Shown here piece by piece: positions 13,555 through 24,977 of a DNA stretch of 64,000 nt (the first letter of the stretch is position 1; every line of letters starts with the position of its first letter). The DNA is taken from assembly GCA_964188305.1 (NCBI GenBank), contig OZ076897.1, one strand, 5' to 3'. Position numbers and translations under genes: made by a program. The notes under the pieces are model-generated. The model was not told the origin of the DNA. It did not search any database and saw nothing but the letters and a program-made list of their open reading frames with translations. Source of the DNA: Podarcis bocagei. Its lineage: Eukaryota.

Positions 13555-14039
13555 CATATTTAAGGAATAGATAGGTGTCGGTCAGAGAAGGAGCAAATAT
13601 AGAAAAGAAAGAGGCGATAGCGGGGGGAGGGGAAGCAGAGAAAAAGAGGTTTGTGTGTGTTGCAGTTAAGCCAGAAGAAAAGAGAGAGATTGTGCGCGTG
13701 AAGTGACAGGGTGTACAAAATGTGGGGAAACGAGAAGGAACGGGCAAAGCGACTCTACAAGCGTGGAGTGGGTGTGTTCGGGGGGAAGAAAATGAATAAT
13801 ACATTTTGTGTGTGTGTGAGAGAGAGAGAGAGAAGGGGGGGAGGTGGAACAAGCGGCAGCGGCAGCTCAGCAGCAGCAGCAGCAGCGTGAGCGCGGTGGA
13901 GAAAAGGAGGACTCGGCGAAGTGTGTGTGGAGCGGAGGGAGGCGGAGGACCAGGCGGAGTGCGGGGAGGGGGAGGGGAGGGGAGGGTGGCGCGCGGGGAG
14001 GGGGAGGCGGCCGAGCCGCGGGATTGGGTCACAGGGAGG

Positions 14040-14190
14040 CTGACGGGCTCCGACTACACCGACACTAATTCCCAGGCCACCCTTAAGGAATGAGGAGCCC
14101 CACGTGATCCTGGCGGGGCGGGCGAACTCTGAGCCATTTTGGGGACGGTGTCAGTTTCCACTGTGTGCCTTTCAGCGTTGCATTTTCCAC
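14040..14190 (+). promoter_or_regulatory. BMI1: BMI1 core promoter block: E-box CACGTG (14101-14106), GC box, YY1-type GCCATTTT (14133-14140)
   Basis: Motifs are seen directly within a CpG island. The block gactacaccgacactaattcccaggcc...ttaaggaatgag...cacgtg closely resembles the mammalian BMI1 promoter, whose E-box is a known MYC site (recalled, not aligned). Confidence 0.8.
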
Positions 14191-14259
14191 CAGCAGCAGC
14201 AGCAGCGGCAGCCAGCAGCCCCTTCCTCGCCCGCCACTCTCCCTCCTCTCCCCTGGCTC

Positions 14260-14886
14260 CCTCCACAACTATGAAATAATCACAATTATTTTTTTTCCTC
14301 GTAAAGGGGAAAAAAAAGAGGAGGAGGAGTGGGAAGGAGGGAGGGAGGAAGAGCCTCCCTCTCCGAGGGGCCGAAAAAAAGAAAGAAAAAGCACAGCAGA
14401 GGGGGAAAGAGATTGCGAGGCGAGTGGGTGAAGGGGTGGGGGGGAAGCCGAGGAAGAAAAGAAAGAGCGCAAGAGACAATGGGCTGGCGGAGGAGGAGAG
14501 GCAAACCATCCGGATTAGAAAGATTTTGAGATCCCAGCACTGGAGCTGCGCATTGAGAAGGAGGTGGGGAGAGGCAGAGAGAGGAGGCGAGGGAGAGCGA
14601 GGGCTGCGGGGGGGGGGAGGCAGAGCCAACTCCTGGGGCGGCGCAGGGATCCGAGGGCGAGGGAGGGGGCTCGGTGGCGGAGAGGAGCCCGGCTGCGGGG
14701 GAGCGAGCATGAGCTGAGCTGAGCGCGGCGGCGGCGGCGGCAGCCCTGCGCTCATTGCAATTGACAGCGTCTGCAGTTCATTTCAAGATGGCCGCTTGGC
14801 TCACATTCATTTTCTGCTGAGCGACTTTTAACTTTCATTGTCTTTCGGGGCGGTTCGGATCGTCGCCCGCCGGCTCCTTCTCGCGG
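14260..14886 (+). other. BMI1: BMI1 non-coding exon 1 (5'UTR; TSS approximate)
   Basis: Ends at donor CGG|gtacgt (14887). Contains caactatgaaataat and aagatggccgcttggctc...gacttttaactttcattgtctt, which resemble the mammalian BMI1 leader. Confidence 0.8.
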
Positions 14887-17800
14887 GTACGTATCCCCGG
14901 GCGCGGCTGCCCTCCGGGGGCCGGGGGGCGGCGGGGCCTGGGAGGCGGTTTCGGGGGGCTGCGAAGGGGCGCCAGCCTTGCTAGGTGTCCCCGGGCTCTC
15001 CGGGTGGGGAAAGCGCTGACAGGCTGCTCCATCTTCGCGCTGCCTCCGCGCCCTCGCCCTCCGCGCAGGGACCCCGGGAGGCGCGGCGGCGGCGGCGGCG
15101 GCGGCGGCCCGTGCACTGGCTGGGGCGACGCCCCCCCTCCGGCGGATTTCGGTTCCTTTCCTCCCTCGGCTCGCCGCTAGCCCCTTCCTGGGCACATGGC
15201 CCCGCAGGAGGATATTTCTATTTTCAGCCCCTGCTCGCCGATCTCTCTGGGGCTCCTTTGTTTAAATGCAGATTTCGATTGAACGCGGGCGGTGCATGAA
15301 ACCTGGCGCTGCCTGGGTCAGGGGACGGCGGCTGCCTGGCCAAGAAGCGCCTCGCAGGGGGTTTCAGGATCCCCGCAGAGCCCCCATCTTATAGGGATGG
15401 GTCCCCCCCGAGGGGGCGATCCCGCTGGGGGGCTGGTCGCGCTCAGGAGGGCTCTCCCAGGAATTTTATTAACTTAAGTTTGGCGGACCCCGGTGTGGGA
15501 CTGGATGGCTCGTAAGATGGCGGTTCTCGCTCAGCTTGCAGCTGGGCGCTTTTTCTCGTGTGTGCGTAAATTGTTAAAGTTTCTGCGCTTTGGGGACGGG
15601 AGGGCAAAGCTGGGAAATTAACTTCGGGGGCACAGGGCTTTCTGCGTTAATGCGAGTTTGCCCCGTGCAGACGCAAGAGATTTGGGGAAGCTGAGATGAT
15701 GGGACTTGCGGGATCTTCCAGCGCGGTTTTCTTTTTCTCTAACTGGTTTTCTAGCCCCTTGTCCCGCAGTCCTTCCAAGCTGGGTCAAGGCAAGTTTAGT
15801 GGCAACGACTTGCTAGTATGCGAGGTGTGATGGGTTTGCTTCTGGCGCGAGAAACGGAGCACACGTCCACCTAACCTAGCTTGGCCTAACCTCTCTTGGC
15901 AGGGTAGTCCTGGCAAAAAGAGTTCAGGAAATAAGTCGGTGCCATCAAATCCTACGGGTAAAATCCCCCTTTGCCCCCAAACCTGGGAGAGACAGACATG
16001 TGGTCAGAACACCTCCATGGCGTTCGTTAAAGCTCTAACATTTTTCTTGCCTCCAGAACTCAGGAGCACAAGACGCAGCTAAGTATTGGGGGAGAGTTTG
16101 TTTGGAAATGAGCCTCCAAGGAGGAGGAACACTCTCTGAAAATATAATATGGGGCGGGAGGAGAATGGGATGCGTCCGTATGTGTAAGGGAAGACTTTTC
16201 CTGGAAGTTGGCGGATTCTGTGTGTAGCCTCTTAACCTTTAATAAGTTTGGACACCGCGCTGGCTGGGAAGGAACCAGATTTTGTGGTAGCAGGAGACCA
16301 GCTGAAGAGTCCCATTTGCTACTTTTAGGAGCTTGGCTCTAAAGGAGGAGGATTTCTGCCACTGAGCACATTAATTTCTTCTCTGGAAGCCGCTTCCCTC
16401 CCGCACTTAAAGATGGATTTCAGCCAGATATTGGGAAGAAGGAGCACGTATCTTATTGGTAACACATGTGGGCATACATGCCTTCCAGAATCGGTTTTCA
16501 ATCGATTGATTGATCGCCATCAGGATTTAGGTCTGTTGTAAGAATTCTAAGGTCTCAAATACATGGCAGGTGAAGGAAGGGCTATCTGCCTGTGTGGCTG
16601 TTGGTGCAAAGGGTGAAGCTCTGCTCCATCGAGGCTTACCTGGTCTTCGGGTCGGCTTCGCTCCCTTTTCAGCTGCCGGCGCAGATGCTTTGTGCTCATT
16701 CACGGGGTACCGTGAGCCTTCATAACTAGAGCTTGCCCCTGTATTTTGAAGTAACCCGCGCATGGCCTCCAGGCTGGCTGTCATAGCAAACTTCACCCTC
16801 CCCTTGTTTGCACGGTTGAAGACTTGCCTGGCGAGCGAGAGAGCGCCTGGAATAAAATATATTCGCTCGTGTTAAAGGTCAGCGTTTCTTGACTGTATGC
16901 ACGCCGATCTTAACATAAGGAGGGGGCGGGGAATGAGAAGTTGAAGCTCCCCTCCTGGAGGAGGAGTTGGCGCGTTTGGGAGTGAAATGCTCTTTATGTT
17001 TACGCGCACAGTGCAAACTGTGTGTGAACAGAAAGGGGGGTGTGTGTGCACACGTGTGTGCTGGCTGGCGTCTTTCACTGTTGTTCTTCGGTTCAGTTTG
17101 CTGGTTTTCAGACCCCGGATTTCAGAGATAGCTTCGACCATGCCCTGGGGAAGAAGGCTAACTTGGGTCATAAATAATATGCGGTTAAGGGAAAGAGCTT
17201 CGACCAGGGAAGCTTCACGGCTGTTGGGAGTTTTCTTTCAGTTAGGAAGTCCTTTGTGAAATAAAACATGTTCGTCTCTTCCGAAAGACTGGGCTGCTTC
17301 GGTGAGTCTCAGCGCTGGAGAAGAATTGTAAGGCGGCCGATTAAAAGAGCCATCTACTTGCCCCAGTTGTGAGATATTTAGGGTTTCCTTCACGAATAAA
17401 AGGAGGGCAGGAGAGACTGGTTCAGGTCAACTCAAGAAGGAGTCTTCCTCCTGGCTGAGGGCATGGAGGGAAATCGCGGGCAAGAAGCCAAGAGCCGAGA
17501 CTGGCGAGATCCAAAAACTCCAGGCTGCTCCTTTGTTGATACTGTTGGAGAGATCTTGGAAAATCCGCACACAATGCATGGGAGCGCCCAGCCTCGCTGC
17601 CACCCTCGAGTTTAAGGCCAAGGCTAGCGCCTCTGCCCCGGGCCTTCTTCCCTTTGGGGAATTTGTGTGTGTGTGTATGTAAGAGAAACATTTCCCCCTG
17701 GTGCAGCGTTTGCTTCCCTCTCCCCAGAGAAGGAGTTGCTTGCTTGCTCAGGTTGTCTCTGCTGCTGCCAGTCCCATCTCCTCCTTCCTCCGCGCAACGC

Positions 17801-18634
17801 GAGGGCTTTTGCTCTTTCCTTGGCCAAGTTCGGCCGGGATTGCGGGCTCTTTGCAGGGAAGGTTTTCGCCTTGGTTGCGAGGGCATCTGCTGAGATCAGG
17901 GACCTTAACCTGGGCTCCGGGGCGGCAGGCGCCTTTCCCTCCTGCCCAGCTGCCTCTGGAGCTGGTGGCACCGTAAATTGCTCTGGTTCAGCAACCTCTG
18001 GAAATGACACTCGGGCCGCTGTGCTGGTCTGGGACGAGGTGCGGATTCAGATGCGCGACTGGGCTGAGACGGGCCAACTTGGAGCCCCGTCCCGGCGCAG
18101 ACACGGCTCGTTGGAGAGGGCAGGAAACCGGAGGCTGAGCTGCTGCCGCTTCCTTGCCCGGACTGAGTCGACGTGGATGGAGGCCCCTGCGAGGAGCTGC
18201 CGAAAGGGCCGGGAGGAGCCTCACTGCTCGGCCTGGCGCACACCCCGGCGCTGGCTCAGGCCGCCCCCGAGGCCTCCCCCTCCAGCGCCGCTCTTGGCCT
18301 CCTGCCCGGCCCCTTGGCGGCGGAGGGGAAGGAGAGGAAAGGACCCCCTTTCCCGGCCCCCGCCACGCCCCCTGCGCCTTTCCTGAGGCTGCACCCGCCC
18401 CCCATGCGCACACCCGTGTCCTCTTCTGCCCACCCACCTCCCCTCCCGGGTGCGGCACACCTAGACCCTCGCTGCTCGCAGGACTCTCCCGGGCCACCTT
18501 CCTGGGCGCACTTTCTCTCTCCCTCTTTCCTTTCTCCGCCACCCCCCTCCCCTCCCTCTTTCTCTCCCCCCTCCCCTCCCCCTCCTCCTGGTGCTGCGCT
18601 CCGGGCGGTGGCAGGATGCCAAGTGTAAGTGTAA

Positions 18635-18648
18635 GTTGCTATAGCAAC
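18635..18648. promoter_or_regulatory. Perfect palindromic RFX X-box GTTGCTATAGCAAC in BMI1 intron 1
   Basis: 14 bp palindrome matching the RFX consensus GTNRCY-N(0-3)-RGYAAC, within a CpG island. Confidence 0.65.
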
Positions 18649-19207
18649 CCCCTCCAGAGCGCGGTTCCGAAGGCGCCGCCGTCCCGAGCCTGTTGGGCTG
18701 GCGGCAGCGAGGCAAGCGGAGCCAGGCGACGCGGGAGAAGAAGCCCAGTTCCGCCGCGGCCCGATCCTCTCCTGCCCAGCCTCGCCGGTGCCAAGGTGCA
18801 AGGCGGGCGGGCAGCTCCCTCCCTCTCCCCCCTTCTTCTTTCTTCCTCCTCCTCCTCCTCCTCCGCCCCCTCCCCTCCTCCCCCCTCGCCGGAAATGCCC
18901 AGGGCAGCGTCCGCAGCTGCACCGGGATCCGGCGCCTCCTCCTCCTCGTCCTCCTCGCCTCTCCCCCGGCCGCGATCCTCTGCTCCGGCAAGCGCCACCG
19001 GGGTGCCCTGTCCGCCGCGGGAGAAGGGCCCCGAGAAGCCCCACACCCGCCGCCGCGCCAGGCCAGGCGGGCAGGTGGGCACTGGGCAGAGCAGCAGCCC
19101 CTTCCCTGCGCCCGGGCCTCCCGCTTTGCATTACAGTTCCTGCCTCGCCAGCTTCCCGCCGCCGCCGCCTTCCGAGTTACATTTCCGCGGTTTCTTCTCC
19201 TCCTTGA

Positions 19208-19507
<300 letters not shown>

Positions 19508-19767
19508 TAAAGGCTCTGGGCCAGCAACCGCCCGCCCCCGCCAGTCTCTGATCCCTCGCAATAAAGGTCTGCTCCCATTTACGTGCGGTTGCCAGTGGCT
19601 CCATAGTCTTGTAAACATGCCCTATATATCTTTAAGGGACTCCCTCCGGCTCTTTGCAGCTCCTTCGAGATTTGGCCCCCTATCCAAATAATGGCTACCT
19701 TTGCTTGGTGGCTCCGGGTTTAGAAAAGTCTCGTTACTTCTTTTAATAGCTGGAAACCTCGCCTTGA

Positions 19768-19965
<198 letters not shown>

Positions 19966-20621
19966 TAGGCGAGAGACAACTGAACTGCTGTGTTTCATTT
20001 CAGGTGATAAGTTCAGAGGGTAGCGACGCTTGCGCGCTTCTTTGGATTACCACCTCTTCATCACTCGTTGCGATCTGGCTGGAGATGTCAGTTTGCAAAC
20101 TGAAGTTCATGTGTGAAGGGGGAGCAGGCATTTAAGTCCTGTCGCTCCTTGAATTCCCTCCAAACCCAAACCCCAGCTTCTTATATGTTTATGGATACGT
20201 ACTTTATTCTTGCCTTGCCTGACCAAACTGCAAATTATTGTCAGTTCCAGCTAACCCATCCCCCTCATATATTGTGCTGGTGGAGAAAGGCAAAAGTTAG
20301 ATTCATTTCAGAAGTCCTCCTTACTTAGCTGCATCGCCCTTTGCTGTTTAGGGATGGCATCTCTTGATTAGCTGCATGCATTTTAGACAGTAACACTGTG
20401 GCAAGTAGGTTTCCGTAGACAGAATTGTTTCCCACCTAGGCAGATAAGTATCTGGTGTAAAAGACTTCTGTCTAAACCATTTTTAAATGTTGCGGGACTT
20501 TGGGCTGACCATTTGAATCTGTTAGAAAATACTCTTTCTTTGCTTTGGAAAGTGAGGTGCAGTTTGGATTTTAATACTGGCACCCTTCTAAATTTGAGTG
20601 TCCTGGGATTTTATATTTCAG

Positions 20622-20677
20622 ATCTGATAAAACTCTCCAAGACATTGTCTACAAGTTAGTGCCAGGCCTTTTCAAAA
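20622..20677 (+). CDS. BMI1: BMI1 exon 4
   Basis: tttcag|A; RSDKTLQDIVYKLVPGLFK; AAA|gtaagt. Confidence 0.97.
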
Positions 20678-20772
20678 GTAAGTAAGCCCTTCTTAGATTA
20701 AGTGACCACCACGAGCACTGTCTTGTATGAAAGCCAGAGTATACTAAATGACAAATGTGTGTTCTCACTCAG

Positions 20773-20823
20773 ATGAAATGAAAAGAAGAAGAGACTTTTA
20801 CGCTGCTCATCCGTCTGCTGATG
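20773..20823 (+). CDS. BMI1: BMI1 exon 5
   Basis: actcag|AT; NEMKRRRDFYAAHPSAD; ATG|gtaaaa. Confidence 0.97.
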
Positions 20824-21091
20824 GTAAAAGCTTCAATATCTTTCTTTTGTAGACATAAAACTGTCTTCTTACTCAAAAGCTTAGGTTGTTAAAACATTTC
20901 CCCATCTATTATTCCCCTAACATTTCAGTGACAAAATACGGCATAATTAATTTAAAGGTTTTTAATACATGCTACAGAGTTATCTCAGTATTTGCAGAAA
21001 TAATCTTAGCTGTGAGAGAGATTCCCCTCTTGATGAGGTTTGTTCTCATTCGAATTTAAAGATGTAAATGACTGTGGAAATTTCTGTGCAG

Positions 21092-21200
21092 CTGCCAATG
21101 GCTCTAATGAAGACAGGGGCGAAGTTGCAGATGAAGACAAAAGGATTATAACAGATGATGAGATAATAAGCTTATCCATAGAGTTCTTCGACCAAAATAG
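21092..21200 (+). CDS. BMI1: BMI1 exon 6 (followed by a GC donor)
   Basis: gtgcag|CT; [36 protein letters not shown]; TAG|gcaagt. Confidence 0.95.
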
Positions 21201-21286
21201 GCAAGTTGTGAACACAATAATTTACTTTTATCTGCACATTCTTAGATAGCTCTTCTTTGTTATAATTGTATCACTCTTCTTCCCAG

Positions 21287-21332
21287 ACTGGAACGGAAAG
21301 GAAATAAAGAGAAAGAGAAACCCAAAGAGGAG
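21287..21332 (+). CDS. BMI1: BMI1 exon 7
   Basis: ttcccag|A; RLERKGNKEKEKPKEE; GAG|gtaaat. Confidence 0.95.
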
Positions 21333-21790
21333 GTAAATAACTTTTACTTTCTTTGGAATTTAACAGATCCCTTCTTTAGAAAGTAGTTTAGATTATTTGT
21401 TTGCCCCAGCTAGATTAATAGTTATTTTTATCCCCCTAAATATCCCCCTAAATTAACACTGCAGGCAGCTATTGTACAGACATTTATTGTTTCTTCTTGG
21501 CAACTAAAATTAAAAGGGAACTGATTGATGGTCCAAAAACTTTTGTTTCCTTCTAGTTTTCTTTACCCGAAATTTTTTTGAGAAGGAAACTTGTCATATA
21601 TTGCAAACAAACCCTAGAAAATGTGTGTTACTACATTTTGACTCTTCTTATTAACTGTTCTGCATTTTTGTTATTTTGATTTAGCAATTAGCTTCTAGTT
21701 TCCAGCTATGCTTATGTATCTGTACTACATTTACACTGAATTCTTAACTATATGCCTTGTTTTCCCCCCCTAATCAAACACCCTTCCCAG

Positions 21791-21889
21791 GTGAATGACA
21801 AAAGATATTTGCGCTGCCCTGCAGCTATGACTGTAATGCATCTGAGAAAGTTTCTCAGGAGCAAAATGGACATACCCAATACTTTTCAG
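21791..21889 (+). CDS. BMI1: BMI1 exon 8
   Basis: ttcccag|; [33 protein letters not shown]; CAG|gtacat. Confidence 0.97.
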
Positions 21890-22555
21890 GTACATTTTTT
21901 GTTTATTAAAGGGGTGATAGTGGTAGAAGTTCCAGTAAAATCTGGGCTCCTGGCATTTAATTTAAATGAATGCTTTTTACTTAAAAATGTATTGCACAAA
22001 CTTACTAAGCAACACAGTGTACCATGTTAGCTAGTGGTTTGCTTTGGTTTATATACATAAAACAAGCTGTTAATGTAGTCCTCTATTTTCAGAAACTGGA
22101 GAATCAGATAAGTATCCCCTAGTGTTTTGCTCTGTGCTGTCAGATCACAGGTTGCTTTGTCCTTGAAAGATCAGAGCCTGCGCAGCATTTTAGACAGTCG
22201 TTTTCATGCTAAGGTTGCTCAATAAGCCTTTGCCTAATGGCTTTTGCGTCTGGGTTATAAAAAAACAACACAGCAATCACCAAAACTCTTAAATAAAAGA
22301 CTTGAAGTATTGGCTCCTTAAGGGCCGATCAGCAATCCCACTAAAGCCTAGGACTCAGGAAAGATAAATTCCTCCTTCCCAACAAATGTAAGTCTAAGTA
22401 CCTGGATTTAAATCTTTGGTTTATTTAGGTCAATGGGCTTAACTCTTACTCATTTAAATTTGGAGCCAGGTGGATATTTCTTTGGCGTGCGCGTTGATGC
22501 GGTCGCTTCCTCCCCACCCGTGTAAAATGAAGCTCAATTGCATCTCTCCCCCTAG

Positions 22556-22636
22556 ATCGACGTCATGTATGAAGAGGAGCCCTTGAAGGACTACTACACG
22601 CTCATGGATATTGCCTATATTTACACTTGGAGAAGG
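22556..22636 (+). CDS. BMI1: BMI1 exon 9
   Basis: ccctag|; [27 protein letters not shown]; AGG|gtaaat. Confidence 0.97.
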
Positions 22637-22756
22637 GTAAATAGTGCAGGGGGGAAGGCTTGGAAGCCCCTGCCTTGAGCGAGGTGGCGGACCGATGGGG
22701 AAGAAGCGCCTAGTCTGAGGACGTCCTCCTCTTATTTTATTTATTTTTTCTTGCAG

Positions 22757-23089
22757 AACGGCCCCCTCCCTTTGAAGTACCGGGTGCGACCAACTTGCAA
22801 GAGGATGAAGATCGGCTGCCACCAGCAGGATGGGCTGAACCACAGCGGCGAGCTGGAAAGTGACTCTGGGAGCGAGAAGGCGAGCAGCCCCGCGGGAGGC
22901 GGCCCGCCCTCCACCTCCTCCTGTTTGCTCAGCCCCGGCACCCCGGTGCAGTCCCCGCACCCCCAGTTCCCGCACATCTCTAGTACTATGAACGGAACCA
23001 GCGGCGGCAGCAGCAACCACCACCCCTCCTTCAGCAACAGAGCCCGGAAAGCCTCGGTAAACGGCTCTTCTGCCACGTCTTCGGGCTGA
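22757..23089 (+). CDS. BMI1: BMI1 exon 10, coding part
   Basis: ttgcag|; [18 protein letters not shown]...[18 protein letters not shown]...SSATSSG then TGA. Confidence 0.97.
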   Translation, partial: NGPLPLKYRVRPTCKRMKIGCHQQDGLNHSGELESDSGSEKASSPAGGGPPSTSSCLLSPGTPVQSPHPQFPHISSTMNGTSGGSSNHHPSFSNRARKASVNGSSATSSG

Positions 23090-23698
23090 TGCGCCGAGCG
23101 CCTCTGGGACTCCAAAATCTCCACCGTCTCTTTTAGACCTGCTCTGTCCTGTCCCGTCTCCTTCTCTCCGTGCCACTCAGCTTTATAGATGCTATCCCGC
23201 CGTGTGACTGTCCTCCGAATTGCTTTAAGAAGTGAGAGGGACGATCAGCGGAACCTCCCACACGAACCTTAGATATGGGAACTTTTGGATATTAAAACGA
23301 ACCTCGGGCTGTTGTGAAAACAGGGGGATTTGAGCTATGAGCGTCTCCGTGGATTTAGAAAGAGGAGGAGGAGGAGAGGTGTTTCTTAAGGACTAGCAAC
23401 GCTATAAACCCGGAGGAACTATAGAGGAAGAGGAATGCTTTTTGGTTTTTGCCACATCCTTCGTGGTTTGGACGGGATTCTCTGGAAAATGGATGCATAT
23501 CAATAATGGGATCTAGTTTTTTGCTAATCCAGACTAACTTCTACGTTTAAGATCTCCGTTGTTAATCGTTATTTCACTGTTTTGTAAAACTGCGGAAAGC
23601 AAGTGGATTTCCCCGCCACCCCACATCTTCATAATCTTCAACAAAACCGGATTGGAGAAAAAAACGCATAGAAGAACTATGCATCTATGTAGCCATGT

Positions 23699-23706
23699 CA
23701 CTGTGA
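23699..23706 (+). promoter_or_regulatory. miR-128 8mer seed site (CACTGTGA), overlapping a miR-27 site
   Basis: Exact seed match in the BMI1 3'UTR; miR-128 repression of BMI1 is established in mammals. Confidence 0.7.
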
Positions 23707-24054
23707 ACAACAATTTCCTGCTTTATTAGCCAGTTTTATTTTCTTTGATTTTCTTTTTTTTATAAAAAAGTGTTTCACCCATAACTTGCCTACTGCAGCA
23801 CAGAAAGGATTTAATAACTGGGGGAAGGAGGGGGGGCGAGAAAAGAAAAACCACAGAACAAGAAAAAAAAATACTATTTCACTTTTTACAACCTGTATGC
23901 CTGAAGGCGGGTATTGCCGTTTATTTTACTGGCTTGTTTAAAGAATGAAAAACAAACGAGGGGGGTGGGAATCACATTTTTTTGGAGGGTAAGAATCAGG
24001 TGGCATTTTGCATTTGTGCAACATTGCCACGTTCTTATTTGACAAAACAGGAAG

Positions 24055-24061
24055 CAGTATT
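24055..24061 (+). promoter_or_regulatory. miR-200b/c/429 seed site (CAGTATT)
   Basis: Exact 7mer-m8; miR-200c repression of BMI1 is established in mammals. Confidence 0.65.
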
Positions 24062-24942
24062 GTATGATATATTTATAAATATTATAAAGAGAATATTGTG
24101 TTTCTCGCCCTCTCGACGCGGTGGTTCCGTTTCCCCGGCTAGCGCGGCCCTTGGTGACGCCTCTTCTTAGCTCCTTGCTGACGAAGCAGATACCAGCTTT
24201 CCCCCCTAGAGACGCCTGAAGGCTGCGGGGTCGCAGGGAGCAAGCTCAAGCCGCGGTTAACCCGGAAGCAATTGGCCATCTCGAAAGGGCTTTACGGGCT
24301 TTGTCTTGTTCCAAGTAGTATTTCCTTTCATTTCTTACTTTTTACAGAATGTGATTCATTGTTCCAACGGTGCAGTGGGAAAGGATTCAGGAGAGCAGGA
24401 GGCGACGCCAGGAACACGAGGGCGCATTAAATATTTCATTAAATTTTATTATTTGGTGCGATGGGTTTGTGTTTCCACCCTTAAAATATAAAAAAGCACA
24501 GGAAATCACACAAGAAGCCATAAAATATGCGGGAATCTATTTGATTAAGTTGTTCTTTCTTAAGAAATCAGCAAGTTGCTGGATGAAGGCTTTTAGTCTA
24601 AATTTGTTTTAATATATATATATCTGTATGTATGTATATGGTACAGTACTAATTTGGTTAAAAATGAACAGGTACTCTGATATTTCCAATAAGCTGCGGG
24701 GAATCCCTTCTTCAAGGCGGGCCTCTGAAGGCGTTGCGTTTGGGAAAAGAAGGACTGTTTTAAAAGTTAAGCGTTGTGAAGAGCCCCCAAATACTTTTCA
24801 GTTTGTGCTTTGCTTTTGGTCAAACGTTGTGTGTGTGTGTGTGCGTGCGTGTGTGTTCTTCACTCACCAGTTACGCATTCGTGAGGGTGGTTATCCTATA
24901 TGACTATTGTTTTCATGTTTGTACGGGGAAATTGTAGCTAAA

Positions 24943-24977
24943 CATTTCATTGTCTCCAGTCTGCGAAAGAAGCACAA
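24943..24977 (+). promoter_or_regulatory. miR-203 (CATTTCA, 24943-24949) and miR-218 (AAGCACAA, 24970-24977) seed sites
   Basis: Exact seed matches; further miR-218 matches at 24494-24500 and 25392-25399. Confidence 0.6.

Noticed and set aside
22454-23176. 240 aa antisense ORF over BMI1 exons 9-10
   Set aside because: Shadow of GC3-rich sense coding sequence; no independent support.
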